A DNA stretch of 30,241 nucleotides. It comes from Candidatus Altiarchaeota archaeon (lineage in GTDB: Archaea; Altiarchaeota; Altiarchaeia; IMC4; QMZM01). The notes beneath the pieces were generated by a model, which was not told where the DNA came from, did not search any database, and was given only the letters and a program-made list of their open reading frames with translations. Positions 1-8,932 of the stretch are shown piece by piece (position 1 is the first letter of the stretch; each line of letters begins with the position of its first letter). The stretch spans positions 1 to 30,241 of the forward strand of contig JAFGDV010000006.1 in the NCBI GenBank assembly GCA_016931955.1, given 5' to 3'. Position numbers and translations under genes: made by a program.

Positions 1-129
1 GACCCAGGACATGCCCCATGCCCCGGCCCAATATACGACGGATGCGTAAGAAACAGCGGCACAGGCTACCTAAACTGGGCATGCTGCCACAACATAATAT
101 GCAAAATACAAAAAGAAGTGCACATATGA
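1..129 (+). CDS. C-terminal fragment of a Cys-rich protein (runs off window start)
   Basis: Frame 1 is open from base 1: DPGHAPCPGPIYDGCVRNSGTGYLNWACCHNIICKIQKEVHI, stop TGA at 127-129, 4 nt before the next ATG. Cys-rich like neighbouring genes. Confidence 0.6.
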   Translation, partial: DPGHAPCPGPIYDGCVRNSGTGYLNWACCHNIICKIQKEVHI

Positions 130-133
130 TAGA

Positions 134-436
134 ATGAAAAAAGAGTCCCTCCTGTTCTTGGTGATTGCGTTCTCGCAGTTAGTTGCTGGAGCGGACATAA
201 TACCCTTCGGGTTGAAGGAGGCCTCGATAGAGGAATGGATCAACCTCTTCTATGCGATGACTGTCGCAGTCGCAGTATTGATGATGATATTCCACGGCAT
301 CAAATGGATCACAGCAGACAACGACGAAGACAGAAAACAGGCGAAGGCTGGAATCAAAAACGTCTTCTTGGGCTTGGTTTTTATACTTTTAGCTGCTGCA
401 TTGGTTGACATGGCATATACCAAGCCAAGCTACTAG
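134..436 (+). CDS. VirB2/TrbC-like (T4SS-type) pilin
   Basis: Signal peptide, then two hydrophobic helices joined by the loop GIKWITADNDEDRKQAKAGIKNVFLGLVFILLA, the pattern of TrbC/VirB2-type pilins. Confidence 0.8.
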   Translation: MKKESLLFLVIAFSQLVAGADIIPFGLKEASIEEWINLFYAMTVAVAVLMMIFHGIKWITADNDEDRKQAKAGIKNVFLGLVFILLAAALVDMAYTKPSY

Positions 437-987
437 ATGGGGCAGGAAACCTCTCCAACGTAGAGATAATTCACGAGAGCGAAGGAGATGATTACAAGAG
501 CCAAACCTACTAAGACATAATATACTCCCTTCTTTGCGTCATCCCGTCCCTGAAAGTCATCAGCAGTCATCCACTTGAGTCCGTTCACCATCAAGGAGAG
601 AACCGCCAACCCAGCCGCGATGGACTCAAGAATCAGGATGATCTCACAAAACTCCTTATTTGCGGCACAGTTTCCAGCGCAGGATTTTACACAGGCATCG
701 AACTCGTCTGAGCCAGATGTATACTTGCTGCATGTGCCAGCTGAGCAGCAGCTTTCACAGTCGCCTACGATGCAACCTGTCATGGAGCCGCATTCTGCCG
801 CGCATATTACTGGACAGTTGCCTCCAGAAGCTGTGTTGCACATGACCGTGGGCTCGCTTCCATCCTTGCAATTGTTGCCGTCACCTGCAGTGCATTTATA
901 TGATTCAAAGGTGGAATCAGCGTATCCAATCAATGTGATAGCTATTAGGATAATGAATGCTTTTCTTGCATTGGGTTTCATTTTCAC
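433..987 (-). CDS. Secreted Cys-rich domain fused to C-terminal VirB2/TrbC-like pilin hairpin
   Basis: Signal peptide; Cys-rich middle; hairpin GLKWMTADDFQGRDDAKKGVYYVLVGLALVII. Alternative ATG start at 981. Confidence 0.75.
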   Translation of the reverse strand: MKMKPNARKAFIILIAITLIGYADSTFESYKCTAGDGNNCKDGSEPTVMCNTASGGNCPVICAAECGSMTGCIVGDCESCCSAGTCSKYTSGSDEFDACVKSCAGNCAANKEFCEIILILESIAAGLAVLSLMVNGLKWMTADDFQGRDDAKKGVYYVLVGLALVIISFALVNYLYVGEVSCPI

Positions 988-1017
988 TTAATTAATTTGT
1001 TTTGTTTGACTTAATAA

Positions 1018-2214
1018 TCAGCATGTGAACGACCCTGTAAAGAAGTAATTAGCTAATGATGCCGCTGTTATGATCAGTATCAAACCGACGAAGACGTATG
1101 CTATGCCCCTTTTCGCATCCTGTCGGCCCTCTATGTCATCAGACAGCATCCACTTCATGCCATGAAACATGATAAGCAAGATGGAAATGCCGGCAGCCAC
1201 TCCGTAGATGATGTAGAGGACGTTGCATAATTCCTCGTTGGCTCTGCAGACTCCCATGCAGTTTTCCATGCATACTTTTTTTTCTTCATTCCCGTAGGCG
1301 TACATTGAGACCTTATTACACCACAAGGGGCTATTGCAGCAGTTCTCACAGTCTGTACTGCATGTTGCCTCCCTGCCGCACTTAGAAGCGCATTGATACT
1401 TGCAGTCTACTGTGTTGCTGCATTTGACCTCAGGCTCCGCCCCATTTGAGCACTTGTAGTGCAACCCCATGCAGATGAAGTCGTCGTAAACGCAGGCTGC
1501 TGGAGGCCCCGCGTCGCATTTCATGGCGCATGCCTCCACAAGTGTGCACGAGCACTCTGCAGCTGATTCATCGTATTTGCATTCAACCAGGCAGGGCACG
1601 TTAGGATTGACTTGGATGCTGTCATCACACGTTAGACCCCCGTATGTCTGCCCGTACTCTAAACACGCTATGCCCTCGTATTCGCCGCAGCATCCTGGCG
1701 GAGTCACGAATAGGTGGGGATCGATACCTCCAAAGGGGCAAACATTTGTTGAATCTAGTGGGTCGTTAGAAAATCCAAGCTCGCATTCAAGGGATTCCAT
1801 TAGGGGGTTAGGGTTAGGTAAGGCGCCGATGATCGTGACTTTCGCCTCCCCTTTACCTGGGGGAGGGGGATTCTCGAGGCTGCACGCATCCCAGAGGCTC
1901 GGGACACTCGACAGCTTTATGGTTCCAGACTCGCCTGACTCAAGCCTCAACCAAAAGTCATTCGGCGAACGCTCCAATTCAAAATTATCCGCGTCGAATA
2001 GTACGGCTCTGTAGCAGCATTTCTCGGAACCTTCATTCGTAAACTTTACTGAGAATCTTATCTCATCCCCCCAATAGATTTCATGGGTTATCTCGACTTT
2101 GGTTTGGTCGATCTGGCATTTAGTTGGATCACAGCCTGCGTATGCGCTCTCAGCCAGAAAGATCGCCAAGAGGAGTACTGTAACCGCCTTGCTCAGGGAT
2201 TCCATCTTTAACAT
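1018..2214 (-). CDS. Signal peptide + Ig/CARDB-like segment + Cys-rich domain + VirB2/TrbC-like pilin hairpin
   Basis: Signal ends AESAYA; beta-rich GDEIRFSVKFTNEG...LESGESGTIKL; hairpin GMKWMLSDDIEGRQDAKRGIAYVFVGLILII. Confidence 0.75.
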   Translation of the reverse strand: MLKMESLSKAVTVLLLAIFLAESAYAGCDPTKCQIDQTKVEITHEIYWGDEIRFSVKFTNEGSEKCCYRAVLFDADNFELERSPNDFWLRLESGESGTIKLSSVPSLWDACSLENPPPPGKGEAKVTIIGALPNPNPLMESLECELGFSNDPLDSTNVCPFGGIDPHLFVTPPGCCGEYEGIACLEYGQTYGGLTCDDSIQVNPNVPCLVECKYDESAAECSCTLVEACAMKCDAGPPAACVYDDFICMGLHYKCSNGAEPEVKCSNTVDCKYQCASKCGREATCSTDCENCCNSPLWCNKVSMYAYGNEEKKVCMENCMGVCRANEELCNVLYIIYGVAAGISILLIMFHGMKWMLSDDIEGRQDAKRGIAYVFVGLILIITAASLANYFFTGSFTC

Positions 2215-2906
2215 ATTATGGTGTGGAGGAATATTAGTTCTACCAGCGTTGACGCAACGACTATGAGGATAAAGCCAGCAAGCACGTATTCCACTCCCTT
2301 TCTCGCATCCCTCCTCGCCTCAAGGTCTTCGCTGGTGATCCACCTGAATCCATGCAGTATCAGCATTATTATGCCTGCGAACATTGCCCCGTAACGCAGT
2401 AAATCGATGACGTTGCAAAACTGCCTGTTTGACTCGCAGACGCCGTAACAGGTGTGATAACACGCCTCCTCCGTCTTACTGCCTGCAGCATATATGCTGC
2501 ATACATCGGTTGCAGTGCACTGCTCGCAGTTATCTGTTAGCAGCGTCTTCCGGCCGCAGGCTGCTGCACACTCAAGCATGCAATCAGAGGAATCCGGTTC
2601 ACTCACCAACTTGGCAACGGAACACCTCACAGACGGTGTGCTGCCGTCCTTGCACATGTAGCTGCCGAAAGTCGCATAGGTTGTGCACATAAAGGGCCCA
2701 AAAGTGCAGTAGGCCCCGCCTGTTGGTCCGGGATATATCTCGCATCCGACCGCACAGTATTCTAGTATGGTAGTATCTGTGTCATCGACGACACATGCAT
2801 TGCTGGGGCTGCCGAAACACGGATCGCGACATTTCGTAGCAGAGACTGCTGAGTTCATGGATATGAAGAGGATGAAAGCCGCTAATATCCATGATTTATC
2901 ATTCAT
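2208..2906 (-). CDS. Secreted Cys-rich domain fused to VirB2/TrbC-like pilin hairpin
   Basis: Signal ends SAVSA; Cys-rich; hairpin GFRWITSEDLEARRDARKGVEYVLAGFILIVVA. Stop overlaps the next gene's start region. Confidence 0.75.
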   Translation of the reverse strand: MNDKSWILAAFILFISMNSAVSATKCRDPCFGSPSNACVVDDTDTTILEYCAVGCEIYPGPTGGAYCTFGPFMCTTYATFGSYMCKDGSTPSVRCSVAKLVSEPDSSDCMLECAAACGRKTLLTDNCEQCTATDVCSIYAAGSKTEEACYHTCYGVCESNRQFCNVIDLLRYGAMFAGIIMLILHGFRWITSEDLEARRDARKGVEYVLAGFILIVVASTLVELIFLHTIIC

Positions 2907-2988
2907 TTTATTAGAATTAGACTAAAGGGATATATAACCACAAAACTATATTTATTGTAGGCAGACCATTCTTTAAACGTGACAGAAT
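2907..2988. promoter_or_regulatory. Divergent archaeal-type promoter region
   Basis: 82-bp AT-rich gap. Minus-strand TTATATAT at about 2930-2937 lies about 25-30 nt upstream of ATG 2906. Further TATA-like runs on the plus strand at about 2947-2956 and 2972-2977. Confidence 0.5.
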
Positions 2989-5900
2989 ATGGTGAAAAAA
3001 TCCAGAGACCATAGGTTTATTCTCCTCATCTCTGTCATCCTCATACTGACAGTGCAAGCCAACTCCCAAAGCCCCCCCAGCTGTACTATGACATTGTCGG
3101 TAAGATTCGATCCTATTGATCCAGGCGAAGACAACGAGTTTAGTGTGCAATTAAATCCAGTCCCTGTATGCCGGGATAAGCCTGTGAGATTAGAGGTCAT
3201 CGATCCCAACGGGGTCAGACATCAATACTATGGAATCACCGACATTAGCGCCCGCATACCGCCGGCTGGTTACCTGAGTTACCTGAAGCAATTCGATAAC
3301 ATGCCTAACACGGATGTGAGCGGCAGATACTATGTGATCGCGACCCTATACACGGGTGACTGGGTTCAAGACGACTTCGCCGTTAACGTAATCTGCGATG
3401 AACAAGCGAAGGACGGTGGGGGCACATTGATAGCTGAACGCCAGATCACCATAGGCAGCATCCCAGAGACCGTGGCCTCAGATATCGTCGCATGCACCGA
3501 CCTGAATGCTAACTGTGGCTACCTTGACCTGGTCTTGGATAAGGACTGCGCTCAAACCGGCGGCAGCTTTCCAGGCGCAGATCTTAACGTAGGAACTACC
3601 GAGCCAAGCTCAACAGACCACATAACTATCTGCACTAAACCGCTCCCCTCCTCCGAGCTGGAGTACACCTCAATAGACGGCAACAAGTACACGCTCATCG
3701 GCATGGCTGCTGAAGACTCTGACTCGACCCATTACTGGATGGCTAAGACCGGAGACGATGAATGCATAATGGGGGACGTCACAAGATGCGAGTTGCTCAC
3801 TAAGAGGCTTTTCATAGACGAACCACTTTACAGGGACTACATAAGAGACACAGTAAACGGCTTGGCATATGTTAACCCCCCCTGTTCGGGCTTCTATGAG
3901 GCCGCAGTGGGCTGGCTGTATGACATCGACACCCCAAGGTACCACGACATCTTCGGGGATTTGACTGATTTCCTCTACTGCCATCAGTCCCCCTTGCCGT
4001 CATTTAAACTCATAAAAGAGTCGCAGTGGTGTCATCTGATAAACCTGGGATGGTATTCCGTCGTCAACCTGACCAACAAGGAGGGTGTCACAAACATCGT
4101 CAACGACAGCATAACAGCTGAGAACCGATGGAATAATCTCTCAGGCTACATCGTCTTAGGGCATGCATGCCCCATCTGGCGGGATGTTGATAATTTACCC
4201 GCAGGCCTCCAAACCTTTGACGCTACCGCTGGGGGTTACAATGTTCCATGCCAGCTTCCTGACAGCGAACCTTTTACGCCCCCGTGTTCGGCATCAATCC
4301 CCAACCAATGCATCTACGTGTGGACGTCCTCTTATGCGTGGGATGGATTGTTTGGGTACGAGAAAAGCTTTGATTACACGTTGACTAATGCGGCTGAGGT
4401 GGAGGTATTGATGGCTGACAGCAACACAGACACCCAGATCCCCGCCTTTGATGTGATAAAGGAGGAGGTGGAGTCTATAAGGTCGCGGGTGACGGTGACG
4501 CCTAATATGGTCGCATCAGACTGTGGCGCTGTAGCCCCCATAACTGATGTCTTTTATTATGATAATCCGCTCCTCCCAGGATACCGTTCCTGCGATGACC
4601 ACAAACTAGGTTACTATAGATTGTTCGACCAGGATACTGTGTGGACTAAGATCTTCGCCGTGACGCCGATGCTCGAAGACGAGCACTGGGCGTGGGACTG
4701 GGATTGGAGCAAGGCAAGCGGACCAGATGTTGACTCCACCATCTCAATATACATTGGAGGAGGCTGCAAGAGGACCAGCGCATTCTACTTCAACTATCCT
4801 GGAGCAAAATCTAAGTACTTCGACTCAGCCAGCGGCACCAATACGCCTATCGTAGACTACGTGGATGTCACAGTAGACGACGGAGTTAATCCACCAAAAA
4901 TCTACAGTCATGTACCTGGGAGGAATCTGCTGCCTTTCCCGCCTGCGGATGCTGTAGAAGATGAAATCACCGGGCTTCCCATACCGGCACGCACCCACCC
5001 ATATGAGGGCATAAGGTATTCCTTCTTCAAAATAGACCATGTTCTGCCGGAGGATGCCGCCTACCTCAAGATAGACGTGGAATACACGTGCGAGACTAAA
5101 CTGGAGCGGACTCAATCACCAGTCTGCGGAGGAGGCACTGAGACAATAGAGGACGAAAGCATCGTCTCAGACAGCTACACCATAAAGTTCCTCGACCACG
5201 ATAATCCAAGAGAGAACTGCAGATGGAACAATCCCCTGGAGTGGATGGTGATTGAAGGTACTTGGCAGGGAAGTTTAACACCTGAGCATCCCGGGAGGTT
5301 CTGGGACGCCGACCTCGAGAAGAACATATTCCACCTAGAGGAGGATTCTACTCAAAACAGGCGGATGGTCTCAGTGGAAGAGGTAGAGGAAGAAGGCAAG
5401 ATAATAGAGGCGTTGGTCAGGGGCGAGGCTTCAGGTGATCAAGCTGATATGATGGTTGGATTCTACAGCGACGCTGCCGCAAATAACTATTGGTACGTTG
5501 ACATAGCCCGAGACGGCGGTGTAGGCGGTCAGAGCATAGTAATAGGCAGATATGAAGCGCCGTCGAGCTGGCAAGATAAGGAGTATGAAATTTCCCCTGT
5601 TCAGCCCCCGGATGAGGAGAAATGGTATTGGGTCAAGGTCTTCCTTGACGGGGATGACATATATGCGAAGGCTTGGCTCTGCGATCCCCCGGATCCCTGG
5701 GAGTGCAGTAAAGATGAGCCAGCAGGCTGGATGATACAATACGAGATGCAGGCAGGTGACACTAAGTATGGCCACCACTGGGTTATCGGTACCGACATAG
5801 GGGATACTGGCGATGAGGAATTCTGGTTTGACACCGAACCCATGTGCGGGATAGACATCAGCGGCTACTTTACGCCACATGATACACCCTTAGGTTACGC

Positions 5901-7164
5901 AGTCATCACCGACGGATTCATAGACATAAATATTAAGCCGGACACCCTCAGCGGATTCAACGTCAGCTTTAGAAACACAAGCATCATATACGAGCAGACC
6001 GCGTATCCCGCTAAACACATACTGTACAAGAAGGGAAAACCAGAAATACCTCCTGAATATCCTGACATCTTTGAGTTCTACTACGAAGACAAATACGGCT
6101 ATGAGTCGGAAATATATGGTTTCAATGAATTATGCAATCTGCCTCCCTGCCCAGCGAATTGCCACTGTGAGGAGAACGACATATTCAAACCGGAATGCGA
6201 TAACGTCGACCGAACAAAGGGTTCATGGCATTACTACCCCGACGGCTGCATATGCGCCCCCAGCGAATGCTATCCTGACCCGTGCAGCTCCGACAGGACA
6301 TACCACGAATTTGAGGGCTTATACTATGACTTCGTTGACTTCAATGCAATGCGTCTTTCAAAGGAGGAGGAATACCTTCAGACGGTGATGGACGCCGACG
6401 TGGCGGATGGTGAGACCGCCTTTTGGATAGAGGGGAGAGATCTGAAGGCTGAACTGGATGTTGGAAAGATAAACTCCGCTGAGGGCAGATATCGGCTCTA
6501 TTTCTCTGGCACAAACGTCAAAGTAACGGACTTTAAAGACGACGCTCAGATCATAGTATCCACGCACTTCAGGAACTACACATACAAGCTCAAGGATGTT
6601 TTAAGGCCGAGGGGCAAGGCAGTCATCGCCTATACAGTGACTCCTCCTAAGGAGTTCATAAAAACAGGTGACATCGTCACCATAGATCTGGACCTAATAT
6701 GCGGCGCAACAACCATAAGCAACGCAGAAGTCGAAGTAATCATCCCAAACTATGAGGGCGAGCTTTTCGGCGTTAGATGGGAGAAGCCCAGGATCGAGTT
6801 AGAGGATATTGAGTTGGATTTCTGGGCTGGACCTGTTTTCATGCCCACCATTAAACCCGACTTCAGGGTTACAGGGGATAGATCCTATGTGACGACCGAC
6901 GGTACGGGACACGCAAGCTTCGGCCTTATGATGAAGCAGAAGGCTGCACATGTAATACTCTACTACGAAGGCGGTGATTTATGCAGTGAAGCCGAGGCCA
7001 GCTTCATCTTAGGGAGAGAGGACTTGTCATCCATAATAACGAGTGTTGACTTCATCCTATTGCTGATCATATTCATCCTCCTCATATTCTCGTACAGGTG
7101 GTTTAAGAGGGGCAGACTGGACTTCTATGAGATGTGGCAGGAGTTCAGAGGGGAGAAGGACTAG
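2989..7164 (+). CDS. Large exported, C-terminally membrane-anchored surface protein (1391 aa)
   Basis: Signal peptide (FILLISVILILTVQA); acidic, Cys/aromatic-rich beta-type sequence; possible ConA-like/lectin sandwich at about 5240-5840; C-terminal TM FILLLIIFILLIFSY followed by basic RWFKRGR. Confidence 0.75.
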   Translation: MVKKSRDHRFILLISVILILTVQANSQSPPSCTMTLSVRFDPIDPGEDNEFSVQLNPVPVCRDKPVRLEVIDPNGVRHQYYGITDISARIPPAGYLSYLKQFDNMPNTDVSGRYYVIATLYTGDWVQDDFAVNVICDEQAKDGGGTLIAERQITIGSIPETVASDIVACTDLNANCGYLDLVLDKDCAQTGGSFPGADLNVGTTEPSSTDHITICTKPLPSSELEYTSIDGNKYTLIGMAAEDSDSTHYWMAKTGDDECIMGDVTRCELLTKRLFIDEPLYRDYIRDTVNGLAYVNPPCSGFYEAAVGWLYDIDTPRYHDIFGDLTDFLYCHQSPLPSFKLIKESQWCHLINLGWYSVVNLTNKEGVTNIVNDSITAENRWNNLSGYIVLGHACPIWRDVDNLPAGLQTFDATAGGYNVPCQLPDSEPFTPPCSASIPNQCIYVWTSSYAWDGLFGYEKSFDYTLTNAAEVEVLMADSNTDTQIPAFDVIKEEVESIRSRVTVTPNMVASDCGAVAPITDVFYYDNPLLPGYRSCDDHKLGYYRLFDQDTVWTKIFAVTPMLEDEHWAWDWDWSKASGPDVDSTISIYIGGGCKRTSAFYFNYPGAKSKYFDSASGTNTPIVDYVDVTVDDGVNPPKIYSHVPGRNLLPFPPADAVEDEITGLPIPARTHPYEGIRYSFFKIDHVLPEDAAYLKIDVEYTCETKLERTQSPVCGGGTETIEDESIVSDSYTIKFLDHDNPRENCRWNNPLEWMVIEGTWQGSLTPEHPGRFWDADLEKNIFHLEEDSTQNRRMVSVEEVEEEGKIIEALVRGEASGDQADMMVGFYSDAAANNYWYVDIARDGGVGGQSIVIGRYEAPSSWQDKEYEISPVQPPDEEKWYWVKVFLDGDDIYAKAWLCDPPDPWECSKDEPAGWMIQYEMQAGDTKYGHHWVIGTDIGDTGDEEFWFDTEPMCGIDISGYFTPHDTPLGYAVITDGFIDINIKPDTLSGFNVSFRNTSIIYEQTAYPAKHILYKKGKPEIPPEYPDIFEFYYEDKYGYESEIYGFNELCNLPPCPANCHCEENDIFKPECDNVDRTKGSWHYYPDGCICAPSECYPDPCSSDRTYHEFEGLYYDFVDFNAMRLSKEEEYLQTVMDADVADGETAFWIEGRDLKAELDVGKINSAEGRYRLYFSGTNVKVTDFKDDAQIIVSTHFRNYTYKLKDVLRPRGKAVIAYTVTPPKEFIKTGDIVTIDLDLICGATTISNAEVEVIIPNYEGELFGVRWEKPRIELEDIELDFWAGPVFMPTIKPDFRVTGDRSYVTTDGTGHASFGLMMKQKAAHVILYYEGGDLCSEAEASFILGREDLSSIITSVDFILLLIIFILLIFSYRWFKRGRLDFYEMWQEFRGEKD

Positions 7165-8189
7165 ATCTTAAGTAGAATCCTTATGAACGTGATTAAATCG
7201 CCTTGGCAGAGATAGGTCAACAGAACCCCGAAGAAGAGGAATGGGGCGAACGGCAGCGTCTGCTGTATTCTCACGTGATCGGATTCTAGTTTTTTTTCTT
7301 TGTATAGTCTATTGATTAGATCGATTTCTTTTTGCGTTACACCCCTCCCAAGATTTATGATAACCTTATTTTCTGACTTTATGTCTTCTGCCAACATCAT
7401 GCAGGGCTTCAGCTCATCTATTCGTATGGATGTCGTCGTTTTGATCAATCTGCTTAGGCTTATGAGAAACATAACGACCATGAAAACAAAAATCAGGGAG
7501 GCAAAGAACCTCAGAAAATCCATGGTGAGAACCGTATCATAGTCAAATAAAAGCCTCAGCACAGAAAACAGTATGGATGCCTGCGTCAAGGTGATGAATT
7601 TTGTCTTCCTGAATGCCTCAGGTATGGCCATGAACAGGAGCAGGTATGTTAAGAATGTTAGCTGCATTCCCATAAACGAGAACAGTCCGTCGAAGAACCA
7701 TAGGAATCCGAAAAGGAACAGTATCCTACCAGCTAACGTCTTCAGATCGAATACCTTCCTAGGCTGAATCTTTTCTTTGATGGAGAACGGGAGGGTTAGG
7801 AGTAATAAAAAGAAGAGTGGGATGAATGTGTTGCCGAGGATTGTGAATGATGGGAAGTATTCTACGTAGCCTAACCGGTATGTAGTTAATGGGATTAATG
7901 CCGCATATGCTGAGAATAGTTTCGCATCCCCTGCAGTCCACATTTTGAACGTCCACAATGAGTAACTGACTAGAAACGCTATAATCACGTTGATCAATAA
8001 CGCAGGGTAGTAGTCTTGGCTTAGACTATGGTTTTCGATGAAACCAGAGAACATCAGGGAATTCATAAGGACGGCGAAGATAAACGCTAAAAGGATGTAT
8101 TTGTTCCTTATCTTCCCGCAGCGGATGTCTTCGTAGGATGTTATAGAACCAAAGACCAAGATGAATGGAAAAAATATGTTTGAGACCAT
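7161..8189 (-). CDS. A24-family prepilin peptidase (FlaK/PibD/EppA-like aspartic membrane protease)
   Basis: First Asp motif TSYEDIRCGKIRN, second WTAGDAKLF, C-terminal LPFAPFLFFG. Multiple TM helices; the 342-aa length fits the longer EppA-like type. Confidence 0.85.
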   Translation of the reverse strand: MVSNIFFPFILVFGSITSYEDIRCGKIRNKYILLAFIFAVLMNSLMFSGFIENHSLSQDYYPALLINVIIAFLVSYSLWTFKMWTAGDAKLFSAYAALIPLTTYRLGYVEYFPSFTILGNTFIPLFFLLLLTLPFSIKEKIQPRKVFDLKTLAGRILFLFGFLWFFDGLFSFMGMQLTFLTYLLLFMAIPEAFRKTKFITLTQASILFSVLRLLFDYDTVLTMDFLRFFASLIFVFMVVMFLISLSRLIKTTTSIRIDELKPCMMLAEDIKSENKVIINLGRGVTQKEIDLINRLYKEKKLESDHVRIQQTLPFAPFLFFGVLLTYLCQGDLITFIRILLKI

Positions 8190-8253
8190 CTTTATAACTT
8201 ACTATTTAGAGGTAAAATCTTTTTTTGGATTGAAAACAATAGTTTAATACAGG

Positions 8254-8688
8254 ATGTCGAAGAAAAGGCTTAAATCTGCTGTAGACAATATGGAGGTTTT
8301 TGACGCTGAAAACTATCTCATCTTATCCGTCAACCCAAGGATCTATAGCCTTGATGTCGTCTATTATGCCGCCTACGTCTTATTGGATAGGGCGTATGTC
8401 ATACTTGGAGGAGACCCGAAGAAAAAGATCCTGGTAGAATTGAGACCGAAGGATAACACAGACCTGAAAAGCTTGGGCAGGGAATTCAACAACGAGTTGT
8501 TGAATTACGCAGTGTACCTGAAACAATCAGCGAAAAATCAAAAGCTGAAGGAGGCTATCCTACAGAGGGTTTTGATGACCAATCTCGCTCCTGTGGAAGG
8601 CTGTGAACCGAATGAACTACTAGGGGATCCTGGAGGAATCACCAAACCCTGGGGGAGAGAGCATGGCAGGAAAAAGAAAAAAGGTTAG
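8254..8688 (+). CDS. hxsD: His-Xaa-Ser system protein HxsD-like
   Basis: VNPRIYSLDVVYYAAYVLLDRAYVIL...GREFNNELLNY resembles HxsD; directly upstream of an HxsB-like rSAM. Confidence 0.75.
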   Translation: MSKKRLKSAVDNMEVFDAENYLILSVNPRIYSLDVVYYAAYVLLDRAYVILGGDPKKKILVELRPKDNTDLKSLGREFNNELLNYAVYLKQSAKNQKLKEAILQRVLMTNLAPVEGCEPNELLGDPGGITKPWGREHGRKKKKG

Positions 8689-8926
8689 TGTGGATGAGAG
8701 AAAAAATCGAGTAGTGGCTGTTTTCGATACCCGATTTTATACCCCCGAAAGCATAAAATCGTCTGCTGAAGACTTCGAGGACTGTTGTCGTCTTCAAATT
8801 AGGTCCTGGAAAGATGATATAACTGTGGTATTGTCTCCTAAGAGCAGAGACATCAACTTAGACTTCCTCGGATATGAGTTCTATAATTATGTCCTTGCCA
8901 GGATGAGATCAAAAATGCCTGGTTAA
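8663..8926 (+). CDS. Second, shorter HxsD-like protein
   Basis: FDTRFYTPESIKSSAEDF...GYEFYNYVL parallels the Y-S/T...G-x-EF-x-N pattern of the preceding gene and overlaps it. Confidence 0.6.
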   Translation: MAGKRKKVSVDERKNRVVAVFDTRFYTPESIKSSAEDFEDCCRLQIRSWKDDITVVLSPKSRDINLDFLGYEFYNYVLARMRSKMPG

Positions 8927-8932
8927 TTTAAG

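Noticed and set aside
930-987. RKA|FIIL as a class III signal in the 184-aa pilin fusion
   Set aside because: The hydrophobic stretch is short, ends in an SPase I-like site, and the paralogues lack the motif.
575-2692. Plus-strand ORFs 575-991, 660-845, 1523-2014, 2429-2692
   Set aside because: Antisense shadows of the motif-supported pilin-fusion genes; no recognisable features.
2917-3209. Small minus-strand ORFs 2917-3150 and 2973-3209
   Set aside because: They overlap the promoter and start of the 1391-aa gene and show no coding hallmarks.
2989-7164. Hamus or S-layer protein assignment
   Set aside because: No motif I can verify; would need a homology search.
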